64,000 nt of DNA from Octopus bimaculoides (taxonomy: Eukaryota). The stretch covers positions 36,209,712 to 36,273,711 of the forward strand of contig NC_068982.1 of the NCBI RefSeq assembly GCF_001194135.2, read 5' to 3'. Of the stretch, positions 53,294 through 64,000 are shown piece after piece (the first letter of the stretch is position 1; each line of letters begins with the position of its first letter). A program made the position numbers and the translations under genes. The notes beneath the pieces were generated by a model. It worked only from the letters and a program-made list of their open reading frames with translations, was not told where the DNA came from and made no database searches.

Positions 53294-53889
53294 ATAATAA
53301 TAATAATAATAAGAAGAAGAAGAAGCTGGCAGAACCATTGGCACGTTAGACAAAATACTTTGTTGCATTTTGTCCATCTTTACATTCTGAGCTCAAATTC
53401 TGCCAAAGTTGACATTGCCTTGCATCTTTTTGAGGCTGATAAAATAAGTACCAGTAAAACACTGGGGTTCATGTAATTGACTTCCTCTCCCCTCAAAAAT
53501 TGCTGGCCCTGTACCAAAATTTCCAACTATTATTATTATTAAGATTAAGAGTGTGGATGGTAGAATTAATATCCTGTTAGACTAATGCATTATGGCACTT
53601 AGTTACTTATAACTTTCTATTATGATCATGTGCTGGTGTGAATTGTTCTACAATATGAATTGGAAGTAGCTCGAGGTTTATAAACAAAATTGAACACACA
53701 TACAAGTGTGTGTATTGTTAGTTCGTGAGTCAACTGCATTTTATATTCTCTTATGCCTAAAATGCTGCCAACCCACACACTTTCTGTATGTATGCTTGAT
53801 ATTATTTTCTTCAAGGCTTTTTTAAGTTTGTGAAGTTTACTAAGCTTTTAAATATTATTCTTTAAGCAATATTTTCTTTAAGAGGTGCA

Positions 53890-54260
53890 GGAATAGCTGT
53901 GTGGTAAGTAGCTTGCTTACCAACTACATGATTCTAGGTTCAGTCCCACTGCATGGCACCTTGGGCAAGTGTCTTCCACTACAACCTCGGGCCGACCAAA
54001 GCCTTGTGAGTGGATTTGGTAGACGGAAACTGAAAGAAACCTGTTGTATATATATGTGTGTGTGTGTGTGTGTGTATGTTTGTGTGTCTGTTTGTCACTC
54101 CAACATTGCTTGACAACCGATGCTGGTATGTTTACGTCCCCGTAACTTAGCGGTTCGGTAGAAGAGTCCTTACAAAGAATAAGTCCTGGGGGTCGATTTC
54201 TTTGACTAAAGGCAGTGCTCCAGCATGGTCACAGTCAAATGACTGAAACAAGTAAAAGAG
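53890..54260 (+). mobile_element. Abundant SINE family with internal (TA)/(TG) microsatellite
   Basis: GCTGTGTGGTAAG...GTTCAGTCCCACTGCATGGCACCTTGGGCAAG...GGAAACTGAAAGAA, then a microsatellite, then ...CCAGCATGGTCACAGTCAAATGACTGAAAC. Pieces lie at ~4840-4985, 11680-11760, 30240-30390, 35135-35300, 51230-51380, 52050-52330 and 59660-60110. Confidence 0.8.
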
Positions 54261-54504
54261 TAATTTTTGAGAACTTTATTTTTCTGAGATTTGTGATTTC
54301 TTTAAAAAAAATCTAAAATCTTTTCACCTTTTTTTGTCTTGCCCTTAACTGCTTTTAGCTTCCTTTAATTTATTCAGTTACAATATTTCATCCACCTTCT
54401 TTACCTTCATAACCTCTCCTACTAACAGTGTTACCCTGTTGTCTTACTATACTTTATGTTCTTGAGTTTAACTCATACTGTAACTAGTTTTACATTTCCT
54501 GTGC

Positions 54505-55105
54505 TTGAGAAGACCTGGCAAGCCAAGTGAGACCATAACCTGTGGCCTATGCCAGTGGTGTAACCAGCCCACTTATGTGTACCTTTCCTTCATTGGACAC
54601 TAAACTCTGCTTGCAAAGACCTGTTGAGGCAAATGAAACCGAAATCAAATTTGATGTCAGTATCACATGACTGGCATCCGTGCCAGTGGAGCGCTACGAG
54701 CACTATCCGAGTGTGATCATTGCCAGGGCTGCTGACTGGCTCTCGTGCCGGTGGCATGTAAAAAGTACCATTTGAACGTGATTGTTACCAGCATCGCCTT
54801 ACTGGCACATGAAAAAAAAAACATTTGAGCAAGGTCATTGCCAGCGCTGCTGGACTGGCTCCTGTGCAGGTGGCACGTAAAAAAAACCATTTGAGCGTGG
54901 CCGTTGCCAGTACCGCCTGACTGGCCCTCGTGCCGGTGGCACGTAAAAGCACCCACTATACTCTTGGACTGTTTGGCATTAGGAAGGGCATCCAGCTGTA
55001 GAAACTCTGCCAGATCAGATTGGAGCCTGGTGCAGCCATCTGAATCGCCAGTCCTCAGTCAAATCGTCCAACCCATGCTAGCATGGAAAGCGGACGTTAA
55101 ACGAT
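54505..55105 (+). mobile_element. RTE LINE 3' UTR/tail element with tandem units
   Basis: CTTGAGAAGACCTGGCAAGCCAAGTGAG...tandem units...GCATGGAAAGCGGACGTTAAACGATG. Confidence 0.8.
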
Positions 55106-55956
55106 GCTTATGTACAGAAACAACTTAGAACACATCCATATGAAAGCCAATGGGTTGATTGACAAAGATTCATTGAAATGGGTTAGAGAACTTCGGTCTC
55201 TAACTCATATCAACGCTGTCTCCTAACTCTTTTTTCTATTATCATTGCTACGACAATTACCTGTGGTCTACAGAATTTGCTTGTTGCATACTACCTCTAC
55301 CTACATCCATCTGTCGCTTCCATCTTCATTCCCCACTCTACGCGTGTGTCACTATGACAAAATTCTCGTTCAATTCCCCAATCGTCAGGAATTCCGTTTT
55401 CAGACGTCCACTTACACGTTTAAACTGAATATGACCGTCTCAATCTCACAAGTCTCGGGGACACACTAAGATCAAGGATACCGCTTCTTCATGGTGACAT
55501 ACATATAAAATAAGTTTTTTCCAGTGCTTCTTCGTCAATGGTAATTTCTCTTGCGTTCGACATTCAGTATATTACACTAATGTTTAATATCGTTATTTCA
55601 ACGAAGTGTATTTTCAAAAAATATTTTTATAAGGAAGAGTCTAAAAAATTCCTTATTCTTTAAGACCTTTATATATTTTATTTCTTCAAGATGTTAAAAA
55701 GTATTGTATAATAGAAATATTAATTGCCCACGTAGACACGAAGTCCTCGTCGATAATTCCAACGGAAAGAGGAACGAAATTGCGTGATATTCATATCTAT
55801 CTCAGGTATTAACAGTATGATAGATGTAAAGAGCAGTGAGTCAAAGAACTTGAGTCACAAGCTCAGTCTCGCTGATCGTTTAGTCCATTTACAATATGAC
55901 ACCACGCGAACGTATCATGACGAATATTATTAGATGGTGAGGAAAGTACGAAGTAG

Positions 55957-56056
55957 AGGCCTGGGCAAAGGTAAAGAATACGCACACCCGGTATTTAAGG
56001 TTAGGGTTACTCCGAAAACGGGTGGTGTGCGTATTCTTTACATCCACCGAGGCCTG
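55957..56056. repeat. Short palindromic element upstream of V-ATPase G
   Basis: TAAAGAATACGCACACCCG (55972-55990) is inverted at 56019-56040 with a 3-nt insertion, and AGGCCTG flanks both sides. Confidence 0.6.
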
Positions 56057-56661
56057 AACTAACTTTATAGTCAATTGGTATTTATGAAATAAGAATCTGG
56101 ATAATTGTTCAGTTTACGTTCGTAAAATCAAAACAGATTGTCGATAATATTGATAACTTTCATTTTAGTTTTTTTTTTCAGTTCTTGTTTATATTTTTTT
56201 GAGGCGTACTTTTAGCTGCAAGTCTGTTTTATGAAAGGAAAGCAGAAAGAAATGATAGCTAGATAACAAGTCAGAAATATAGATTTATGTGTGAGAGATA
56301 CAAATAGATAGTTTTATATATCGAGTAAATCATCATTTTCTCCAAAACGAAGCTAGAAATCAGTTGTAAATAACAGATAAAGATGAGGGGGTGACAAGAG
56401 TGAGTAAAGTATCAGAGAACATACTTTGGTGTATTTAGTTATGTTCTTTTACATCTTTTTTTACGAATGCAAACTGAACAATTACCGGAATTTGTATATT
56501 ACTGAGGTTCATAGTTTGACTAAAGTCCATTTCTTCCCCCCAATTGCCCTTGTAATTGCAATGAGAAGCAACAAAAATATTAAAAGCGAAGGGAGGTAAT
56601 CCCGACTCATTGTTGACACAAACTTAGTGATAAAACGTCATCAAACATCCGCTTTTGTGAT

Positions 56662-56671
56662 GTCACATGAC
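56662..56671. promoter_or_regulatory. M-box / CLEAR-like element (GTCACATGAC; reverse strand AGTCATGTGAC) upstream of V-ATPase G
   Basis: Matches the MITF M-box core (AGTCATGTG) and differs by one base from CLEAR (GTCACGTGAC). It lies 69-78 nt upstream of the ATG. Confidence 0.6.
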
Positions 56672-56739
56672 TAGTCAACTACAGTTGCAGAAGAACTCAC
56701 GTACTCCACCTCGCTAATTTTCTTCCAAATAAATCTATT

Positions 56740-56821
56740 ATGGCTAGTCAGTCTGCTGGAATACAACAACTTTTGGCTGCTGAAAAGAAAGCTGCCGAGA
56801 AAGTAGCCGAAGCTAGAAAGC
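56740..56821 (+). CDS. ATP6V1G1: V-type proton ATPase subunit G, exon 1
   Basis: ATG at 56740 gives MASQSAGIQQLLAAEKKAAEKVAEARK(R), the conserved N-terminus of V-ATPase G subunits. The 82-nt coding exon ends at a canonical C|GTAAGT donor (phase 1). Later exons were not found in the window. The symbol names the family, not a specific paralogue. Confidence 0.96.
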
Positions 56822-59739
56822 GTAAGTTATTTACTGTTTTGTTTTGAAAATAAGAACTGATGGTAGCTTCTTCGTTTGATATATATCATCTTAGTTTGGA
56901 CATTGATCCCGAGGCGCATTATTGTCGTCCACTGCATTTGGAACTAAGATACTATATTAGCATTTCATAATTATATAATTTTACTTCTGTGATTTTTTTC
57001 ATCACAGATTGTTAATTTAGTTTTAATACAATAAAACCAAAGAAGATATCATCCTAGCTGTCCACTCCTCTTTTCTCAGTGAGTACTGTCATATGATATA
57101 TAACCTTCAAATTTGGAATGAATATTTATTTACGGAACGATTAAAATTATTTTCCAAAATTATCTCAAACCCATTTGAAATAATTTAGCTATTTTTTTGG
57201 TGATGATTTAAGTTAAATATTAGTATTTTATCTGCTATATTATGTGTGATTTTTAATAACGACTCTGTAGATTTTTTTTTAATAATATGAATATCGATGG
57301 TATTACAATCGAAGGGCAAGGCCGTACATCGTTTTGCGTGGGCATTCCTTTAAAGATCATCTGATTTTCTATAGTGGTTGTATCACTTTGCAAAAATCTT
57401 CACTCTGCCATGGCCTAAAATCTACGTGTACCGTTATTAAATTAAATCTAGTAGCTTTCAACCAGCAGGTGTTCTGTTTGGCAGGTGCGTAATTATTTTT
57501 TCGTCAATAAAGTATTCCAAGCATATTTTACATTTCTTTTAGAAATTATAAAAGAAACACTGGAAGGGAAAGCCAGAAGGGAAAATAAAAAGCTTCTCTC
57601 TCGATAATTTCAATGACAGACTTTGTTTCAGGAACCAGTTACACGTATTATGCTGATTAATGTCCTGTTTCGTGGATTGGAAATTAAGAATACGATGGAA
57701 GCATTAAAAATGTTAAATTTTCTCAGGTTACATATTTACAAACGTAACGCATATACTTTAAAATCGATACATTTTCGAATAACGTTATTTATTTATTTAC
57801 TTTACTGAAATATTATGTCCACCTAAAAATACTAATTTCATGTTAACGACAGGCTAAGTCGTTACGCTATTTGATACTGACACAATTTTCTGAAGAGACA
57901 TTAATGATGTTTAGATCCGTCTATTTTACTATGAAAGACTAAATACGTTTAATTTAAGATCAAGTTGAAATTTTCATAATATTCTTAATGTTATTTTTTA
58001 CGTTTCAAAACTTTTCAATATTTCTGTCGCATTAGAAACATTTTCTACGTTGTATATTTGTTTTGTCAACATCTACACATCCAATATCGCAAAAACTGTA
58101 TCCTCTAGACAAGGCTTCTCCAAACTCAGAAAATACATCCTCCTTGATCAATTACTAACCCTCTGCAAAGCTTAGGAGCAATCTATATTACAGTTCTGTT
58201 ATACAGATAAACATCCTAGAAAGCATTCAGATGAAAACCATTTTACCAATTGGCAAGGATTCATTCACTAACACACTATGATCAGATATATTGTTTATCT
58301 CTCCCTGTTCTACGTTACAACATCCCCAGCTACTCTCAACTAACCTACTGCTACCTACTTTGCATAACACCTGTTTCATCTTGTCACCCTACTGTGGATA
58401 TCTTATCTCCCACACTTAACTTTCTGCCATATCATCCCTTCCCATATTGAAAGTCCTCTAGAATTCTTATCCCTTCTCTTGCTCGTTTTCTTGTAGACTG
58501 ATTTACAGAAATCGAAATTAAACATTAACTGCACCTACCATAGCAGACTGGGTGGGTGGTGGTCTGCAAAGATCATTAGTACCAGTTTTTTCCTCTAATA
58601 AATAAATAAAAAAAATTTTAAATCCCAAGTACTCACAAAAAATCAAATTGCACAGTGAAATAAAAAAAATGTGAAATTGAAAGATTAGCTATAACCAGCT
58701 TTTTCTATCCTATATAAGCCCCCACAACTACATTTTTAACCATCCACAGATACCAGAACGTCATTTTAACAACATAGTGAAACCACCAATTCTTTTTTTT
58801 GTTTTAATCCAGAAAACACAAACTCACATGTAGCCCACAATACTTGAAACCTTAGTAGCCTGACTATATCCAAATTCTGTTAGGTTATCAACTATGAATG
58901 AATCTTTAAGCCTCCAGACCACTGGATAATGACTTTAGTCTATCTTTCTAGCTTCTGCTAGGATATGTGGGTTGTACAGCTTGTTGTAACAGAGTCCAAC
59001 ATCTTCAAACCCAGCCAATCCCAGAACACTAATTAGTGCCTTCTTAATAGATACTATATGCCTCGCTAATTCAGATAAAAAAAAAACATGCACATAAAAA
59101 TAGCTGCTGTATCAATAATCTCATTAATTAAAAAAAAAAATCTATGCTGGAATGCACACCACTAATGATGAGTGCAGAAAATCCACAGCTCCCATGCTCT
59201 GACTCTACTTTGCTGGTCAGAATGTACAGGAATACTAGACAATGGTAAGAATACTTGTTCAAAGTACAACACTGCACCCTCATGTGGCTAGCTTGTTGGA
59301 GTTGCTTGTCCTCAGCTTGGTGGAAATATGGTATATCTGATTTGTGAATTTCTATGGATCATAAGTGAATTTCTATGGATTATATGTGCATAAATGTTTA
59401 TTTCTGTGTCTTTGCCTGGCATGGTTTTTAGCTATGGTAATGTTATGATAACAGTACCCCTGCAGTTTGGCTGTTTCATCATGTGAAGCCCAATGGAATA
59501 TAAATATCTTACTTGAAAAACAGGTAAAGGTTTGTGACAGGAGGAACATCCAGTTGAAGAATATTGCTTCAATAAATCTCATCTTACCCATGCCAGCATG
59601 GAGAAAATAGATATGCACACAAAAACATATTATGATCATGGTATATAAATATCAGTGTGGCACCTTCTACTGTAGCCTTGGGCCGATCAAAGCCTTGTGA
59701 GTAGATTTGGTAGATGGGAACTGAAAGAAGCCTGTTGTG

Positions 59740-59782
<43 letters not shown>

Positions 59783-60125
59783 NNNNNNNNNNNNNNNNNN
59801 NNNNNNNNNNNNNNNNNNNNNNNNNNNNNNNNNNNNNNNNNNNNNNNNNNNNNNNNNNNNNNNNNNNNNNNNNNNNNNNNNNTATGTGTGTGTGTGTATT
59901 TATGTGTGTGTCTTTGTGTCTGTGTTTGACCACTCATCACTGCTTGACAACCAATGTTGATGTGTTTATGACTCTATAACTTAGTGGTTTGACAAGAGAG
60001 ACTGGTAGAATGAGTAGTAGGCTTTAAAAAATAAGTCCTGGGGTTTTGTTCGACTAAAAATCCTTCAAAGTGGTGCTCCAGCATGGCCACAGTCAAATGA
60101 CTGAAATATATATATATATATTCAC

Positions 60126-60176
<51 letters not shown>

Positions 60177-60258
60177 NNNNNNNNNNNNNNNNNNNNNNNN
60201 NNNNNNNNNNNNNNNNNNNNNNNNNNNNNNNNNNNNNNNNNNNNNNNNNNNNNNNNNN

Positions 60259-60298
<40 letters not shown>

Positions 60299-62689
60299 AT
60301 CAGAAAGTGTTATAAGAATGTTCCCGGACTGGGCCTTAAAATGTATGTCAGCATTCCAGTATATAATGCATTTCATATATTATTTATATTTGGGAACTAT
60401 CATTTTTGAAATAGTCTATTTAGGAATGTACATAACAATACCAGCATTTCACAGCTCAAGAGAACTATGAAGGGTCTCTTCATGAAGGCTGCTCCTACTA
60501 TCTTTAATTCCTTTTGAATTTCATTTACCATCTTGAAGCAGTGCCCTTTCAGCTTCAGTTTCACTTTGGTCAAAAACAGTAAGGCACATGTGATGTGATC
60601 ACTTTCGATTTGATTATCAAGAGCTAGGGCAAACTTTGTAACAACAGGATTATATGTTTATGTTTGCTGTGAGAATCTCCAAAATATATGTTTAGGCTTT
60701 CTGTGAAAATCTAGCAAATGCCATGATTAATTCAAATCATGTGTTTTGCTTGTGATTGGCTGTTCTGAACATTTTGCATTGACACTCAGCTGGTCTTGAA
60801 GCATGCATGTTTTTCAGACAATGTATTCAGCTTATAAAATGTTTGTCAAAAGTCTGACAAAACATTTAAAGTTATTTGGCAGTAGATTTGCTGAGTTTTC
60901 ATGCAAAATTTGATGCTGGCTTGTTGCTTGAAATTGTCAGCCTTGTAAAAACTGCCGAGCTCTTCTAACACAACATTATAAGACCTTGTGTAATAACTGA
61001 ATATGAGTAGATAGTGTGAAGCCTATTTGCAGACTGACTCAAATTGGCTGACTACCAATAATCATTAACTTCATACAAATACTGTTTTTGCTGGCATACA
61101 AGTTGGCATAGTATGTAGTGAAAACATTCAAACATCACCACTATCTTTCCAAATACTTCTGTATTTTACATGGAATTTTTGGTCCTCTAAAGTTGTCTTA
61201 GTATATAAGTCAACTTACCTTTTTTTTGGCTCCAAATTTTGGTTGGAAAAATTTGACTTGTCTGCCAGAAAATACATTGTTCATTGAACAATGCAATTAC
61301 AGCATCCACTGTCTAAAAACTTTCTGATATCTTCTACATACACGTATGTATGTATATATATATATATGCATGTATATAAATAAATGTATACATGTGTGTG
61401 TATGTATATATATGTGTGTGTGTACATATATATGTATATATGTGTGTGTATGCGTATATATATATGTATATGTGTGTGCGCGTATATATATATGTGTGTA
61501 TGTATATATATGTATGTATATTCACACACAAATACAGGGTTAGAATTATCAATTATACACAATACACTTAAAATTTTTTCTTATTGATATGCACATCACA
61601 AAACATGGTCTCCGTTTGGTTATGATGCAGGTTTGAACAGTAAACAATCAAAGTTGAGGAGCTGACAGAATCATTAGTGATAGGGATGAAAAAACTTTGC
61701 AGTATTTGTTTTGGCTCTTTATGTTCCGCATTCAAATCTTGTTGTAGACAACTTTGCTTTTTACCCCTCTAGGGGTTGATAAAATAATGTACCAGTCAAG
61801 TGAAAGCAAGTATTTTACATGGGCAATTACCTACCAAATTCAGTTCAACAACTTACAAATAAGTGCCTTTGTGACTGACTGGAAATTCACTATCATCGTC
61901 ATTTAACATCCATGTTCCATGCTAGCATGGCTCAACAGGATCTGATGGATCCTAGGACTGCATCATGCCCCAGTGTCTGTTTTGGCATGGTTTCCATGGC
62001 TGGATGCCCTTTCTAATGCCAACTACTTTACAATGTGTACAGGGTACTTTTTGCATGCCACTGATACTAGTAAGGTTGCCTTGTAGCTCACAAGACTACA
62101 GAACCCAAGGGGCAGAGCAGGGTCCTTGAAGAAGAGCTATTGGCTACTCACACTTAGAAGAAAGTGAGAATGCTTAAAAATTCAAATTGCAAATAAGTTG
62201 GCTTTCTGAAGCCTAGTTACCATTTAGTGGTCTCTTGTTGACTCATGCAAATATATATACATGTATAAGATAGTGTGGTGTAATTTTCCAGTTTTTGCTA
62301 ACACTTCCTTGATAGCTCATATATATGTGGTTGCCATTTCTGCCAGGTCTTGTTGAAATGAAGAAGTTTTTCCCTGTTGACTCATATTTGCATACATATG
62401 TTGTAGCCTGAGGGAGTTGTGGCTGTTATTTCTAACTAGTCTCCCTAACATGTAGAAGTTTCTGTGTTGGCTCATATATACATTTATACATGCATAAAAT
62501 AATAGGGTGTGATTATAGGAAAATTTAGCAGCTATTTCTTTCAGGTCTTGGCATCACACTTAAATCTCCTTCATTGGTTCAGACACACACTTACACACAA
62601 ATTATATATATAATTATATATATATGGATGAAGATGTGAAGGAATTGGTGCATACATTATATATATATATATAATGTGTGTGTATGCTG

Positions 62690-63754
62690 TAATGTGTATT
62701 TCCTCCAAGAAGATTTTCGGTTGGTCGTGCAACAATTTATGCACCAATTCCTTCACATCTTCATCCATAGGAAATCAACAACCTTGTAAACCATCTTTGA
62801 CGGGTTCAAAGATATGACAGTCAGAAGGGACGAGATCTGGGCTGTAGGCAGGGTGTTCCGGCACCTCAAAACCCAATTGGTTAATGGTTTCAACAGTTTG
62901 GGCGACCGTGCTTTGTCATGCAAGGACAAAATTTTTTTTGACAATAGGCTTTAGCGTTTGGTGCGAGTTGCTGGGTTCAGTTTGTTGGTGAGCAAAGCAC
63001 TATCTTGCACTGTTGATTGTATACCCCTTTTCCAAGTAGTCTTCCAGTATAGGCCCTTTTGAGTCCCAAGAAAGGGTTAGCATCACTGTTCCCACAGAAG
63101 ACTGAATCTCGAATTACTTTGTCGCTGGTGAGCCAGGATGTTTCCACTCCATATTCTGTCTTTTGGATTCTGCTTCTTAATGATGGATCCACATTTCATC
63201 TCCTGTGACTATTCTGCTCAAAAATTCCTTGCCCTCATTGTTGTAGCGATCGAATAAACGTTGGCAGACCTCAAGATGTTTGTGCTTGTGCTCTGCAGCA
63301 AGCTCTCTTGGCACTCATCTTGCACAGACTTTATGGAAGCTGAGCTCATCGTGGATAATTTGATAGGCAGAACCATGACTTATCTGTAGAGAACAAGCTA
63401 CCTCATCGATAATAACTTGCCGGTTCACCATTACCATCTCTTGAGTTTGCTGAATCTTTTCATCAGTGGTGGAGGTTGATGGGTGTCCCTGTATTGTGCT
63501 AAAAGCCTCCAATGAATTTCAGCACCTGACACACCTTCCAACCAGAGAAATTGGATCACTACTCTTTGTTCTTCTTTGGTGCACATTGCTAGTAGAGCAG
63601 CCATGCTTACAATGTAAAGCCAGAAAGAAAAATGATGTGATCAGGCTCAAATTTCGATCATGTGACCACAATAGTACCAACTATAAGCATGCATAAGCAG
63701 AAAGCAGTGTGGCAATAATAAAGATATGCTATGGCAATTTTTGACTTCCCCTTG
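62690..63754 (-). mobile_element. Decayed mariner (DD34D-type) transposon
   Basis: GHPSTSTTDE...LQISHGSAYQIIHDELSFHKVCAR*VP, VTGDEMWIH, FWDSKGPI, LHDKAR and HPAYSPDLVPSD. TIR-like end CAAGGGGAAGTCAAAAA abuts TA at 63755-63756. The 3' end is truncated by a microsatellite. Confidence 0.92.
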
Positions 63755-63784
63755 TACATATATGACACTTATCAGATTTTTAAA

Positions 63785-64000
63785 GTCAGGTTATGAAAGT
63801 TACAGAGAGGGTCATAGCCCAACTAATTAGGGAGCGAATCAATTTAGATGAGCTGCAGTTTGGGTTCGTGCCAGGTAAAAGCACTACTGATGCCTTATTT
63901 CTAGTGAGACAGTTGCAGGAGAAATACCTAGCTAAGGATAAACCTCTGTACCTGGCTTTCGTTGACATGGAGAAAGCCTTTGACAGGGTCCCCCGATCCC
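63785..64000 (+). mobile_element. RTE-clade LINE reverse transcriptase fragment, open to the window end
   Basis: MKVTERVIAQLIRERINLDELQFGFVPGKSTTDALFLVRQLQEKYLAKDKPLYLAFVDMEKAFDRVPRS from 63793 with no stops. QFGF, STTDA and FVDMEKAFDRV are RT motifs. Confidence 0.95.

Larger units (their letters stand above)
28163..60258. other. Seven assembly gaps within this span
   Basis: N runs at 28163-28322, 32848-33011, 42849-43044, 49851-50076, 50650-50659, 59783-59882 and 60177-60258. All but 32848-33011 abut a microsatellite. Confidence 0.99.

Noticed and set aside
57280-57365. Possible intronic C/D snoRNA (CTGA at 57361-57364; ATTCCTTTAA complementary to 18S)
   Set aside because: No convincing C box or terminal stem, and the complement is not adjacent to the D box.
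57566-57606. AG|GGAAAGCCAGAAGG reading RKARR, like the start of V-ATPase G exon 2
   Set aside because: No polypyrimidine tract, it diverges at once (ENKKLLSR*) and lacks LKQAKEEA.
49696-61587. Numerous ORF-track entries rich in YI/CV/HT/X
   Set aside because: Translations of (TA)n, (TG)n and (GA)n microsatellites and N-gaps.

Overview
AT-rich, repeat-dense eukaryotic scaffold with 7 N-gaps. The SINE/LINE families and microsatellite load look like a coleoid cephalopod (Octopus-like); this is inferred from repeat recognition, not a database hit. Two host genes are recognisable, each by one coding exon and oriented head-to-head about 15.6 kb apart: an Ro60/TROVE2 homologue (- strand, 40590-41097, phase-1 GT donor) and V-ATPase subunit G (+ strand, 56740-56821, with an M-box/CLEAR-like motif upstream). 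I could not find further exons of either gene by eye. The rest is mostly decayed mobile DNA: RTE-clade LINE fragments and (GAT)n-tailed 3' ends, tRNA-derived SINEs (two with clear TSDs), mariner and maT transposase relics, MITEs, and a near-full-length decayed CRE-clade non-LTR element with an N-terminal PHD finger. Best leads: a back-to-back pair of Penelope-type hammerhead ribozyme motifs with a covarying stem-I pair downstream of the Ro60 exon (putative intron), the PHD-CRE element, and the short-N-terminus Ro60 exon with no visible downstream exons. Most short ORFs in the supplied track are repeat or microsatellite artefacts.
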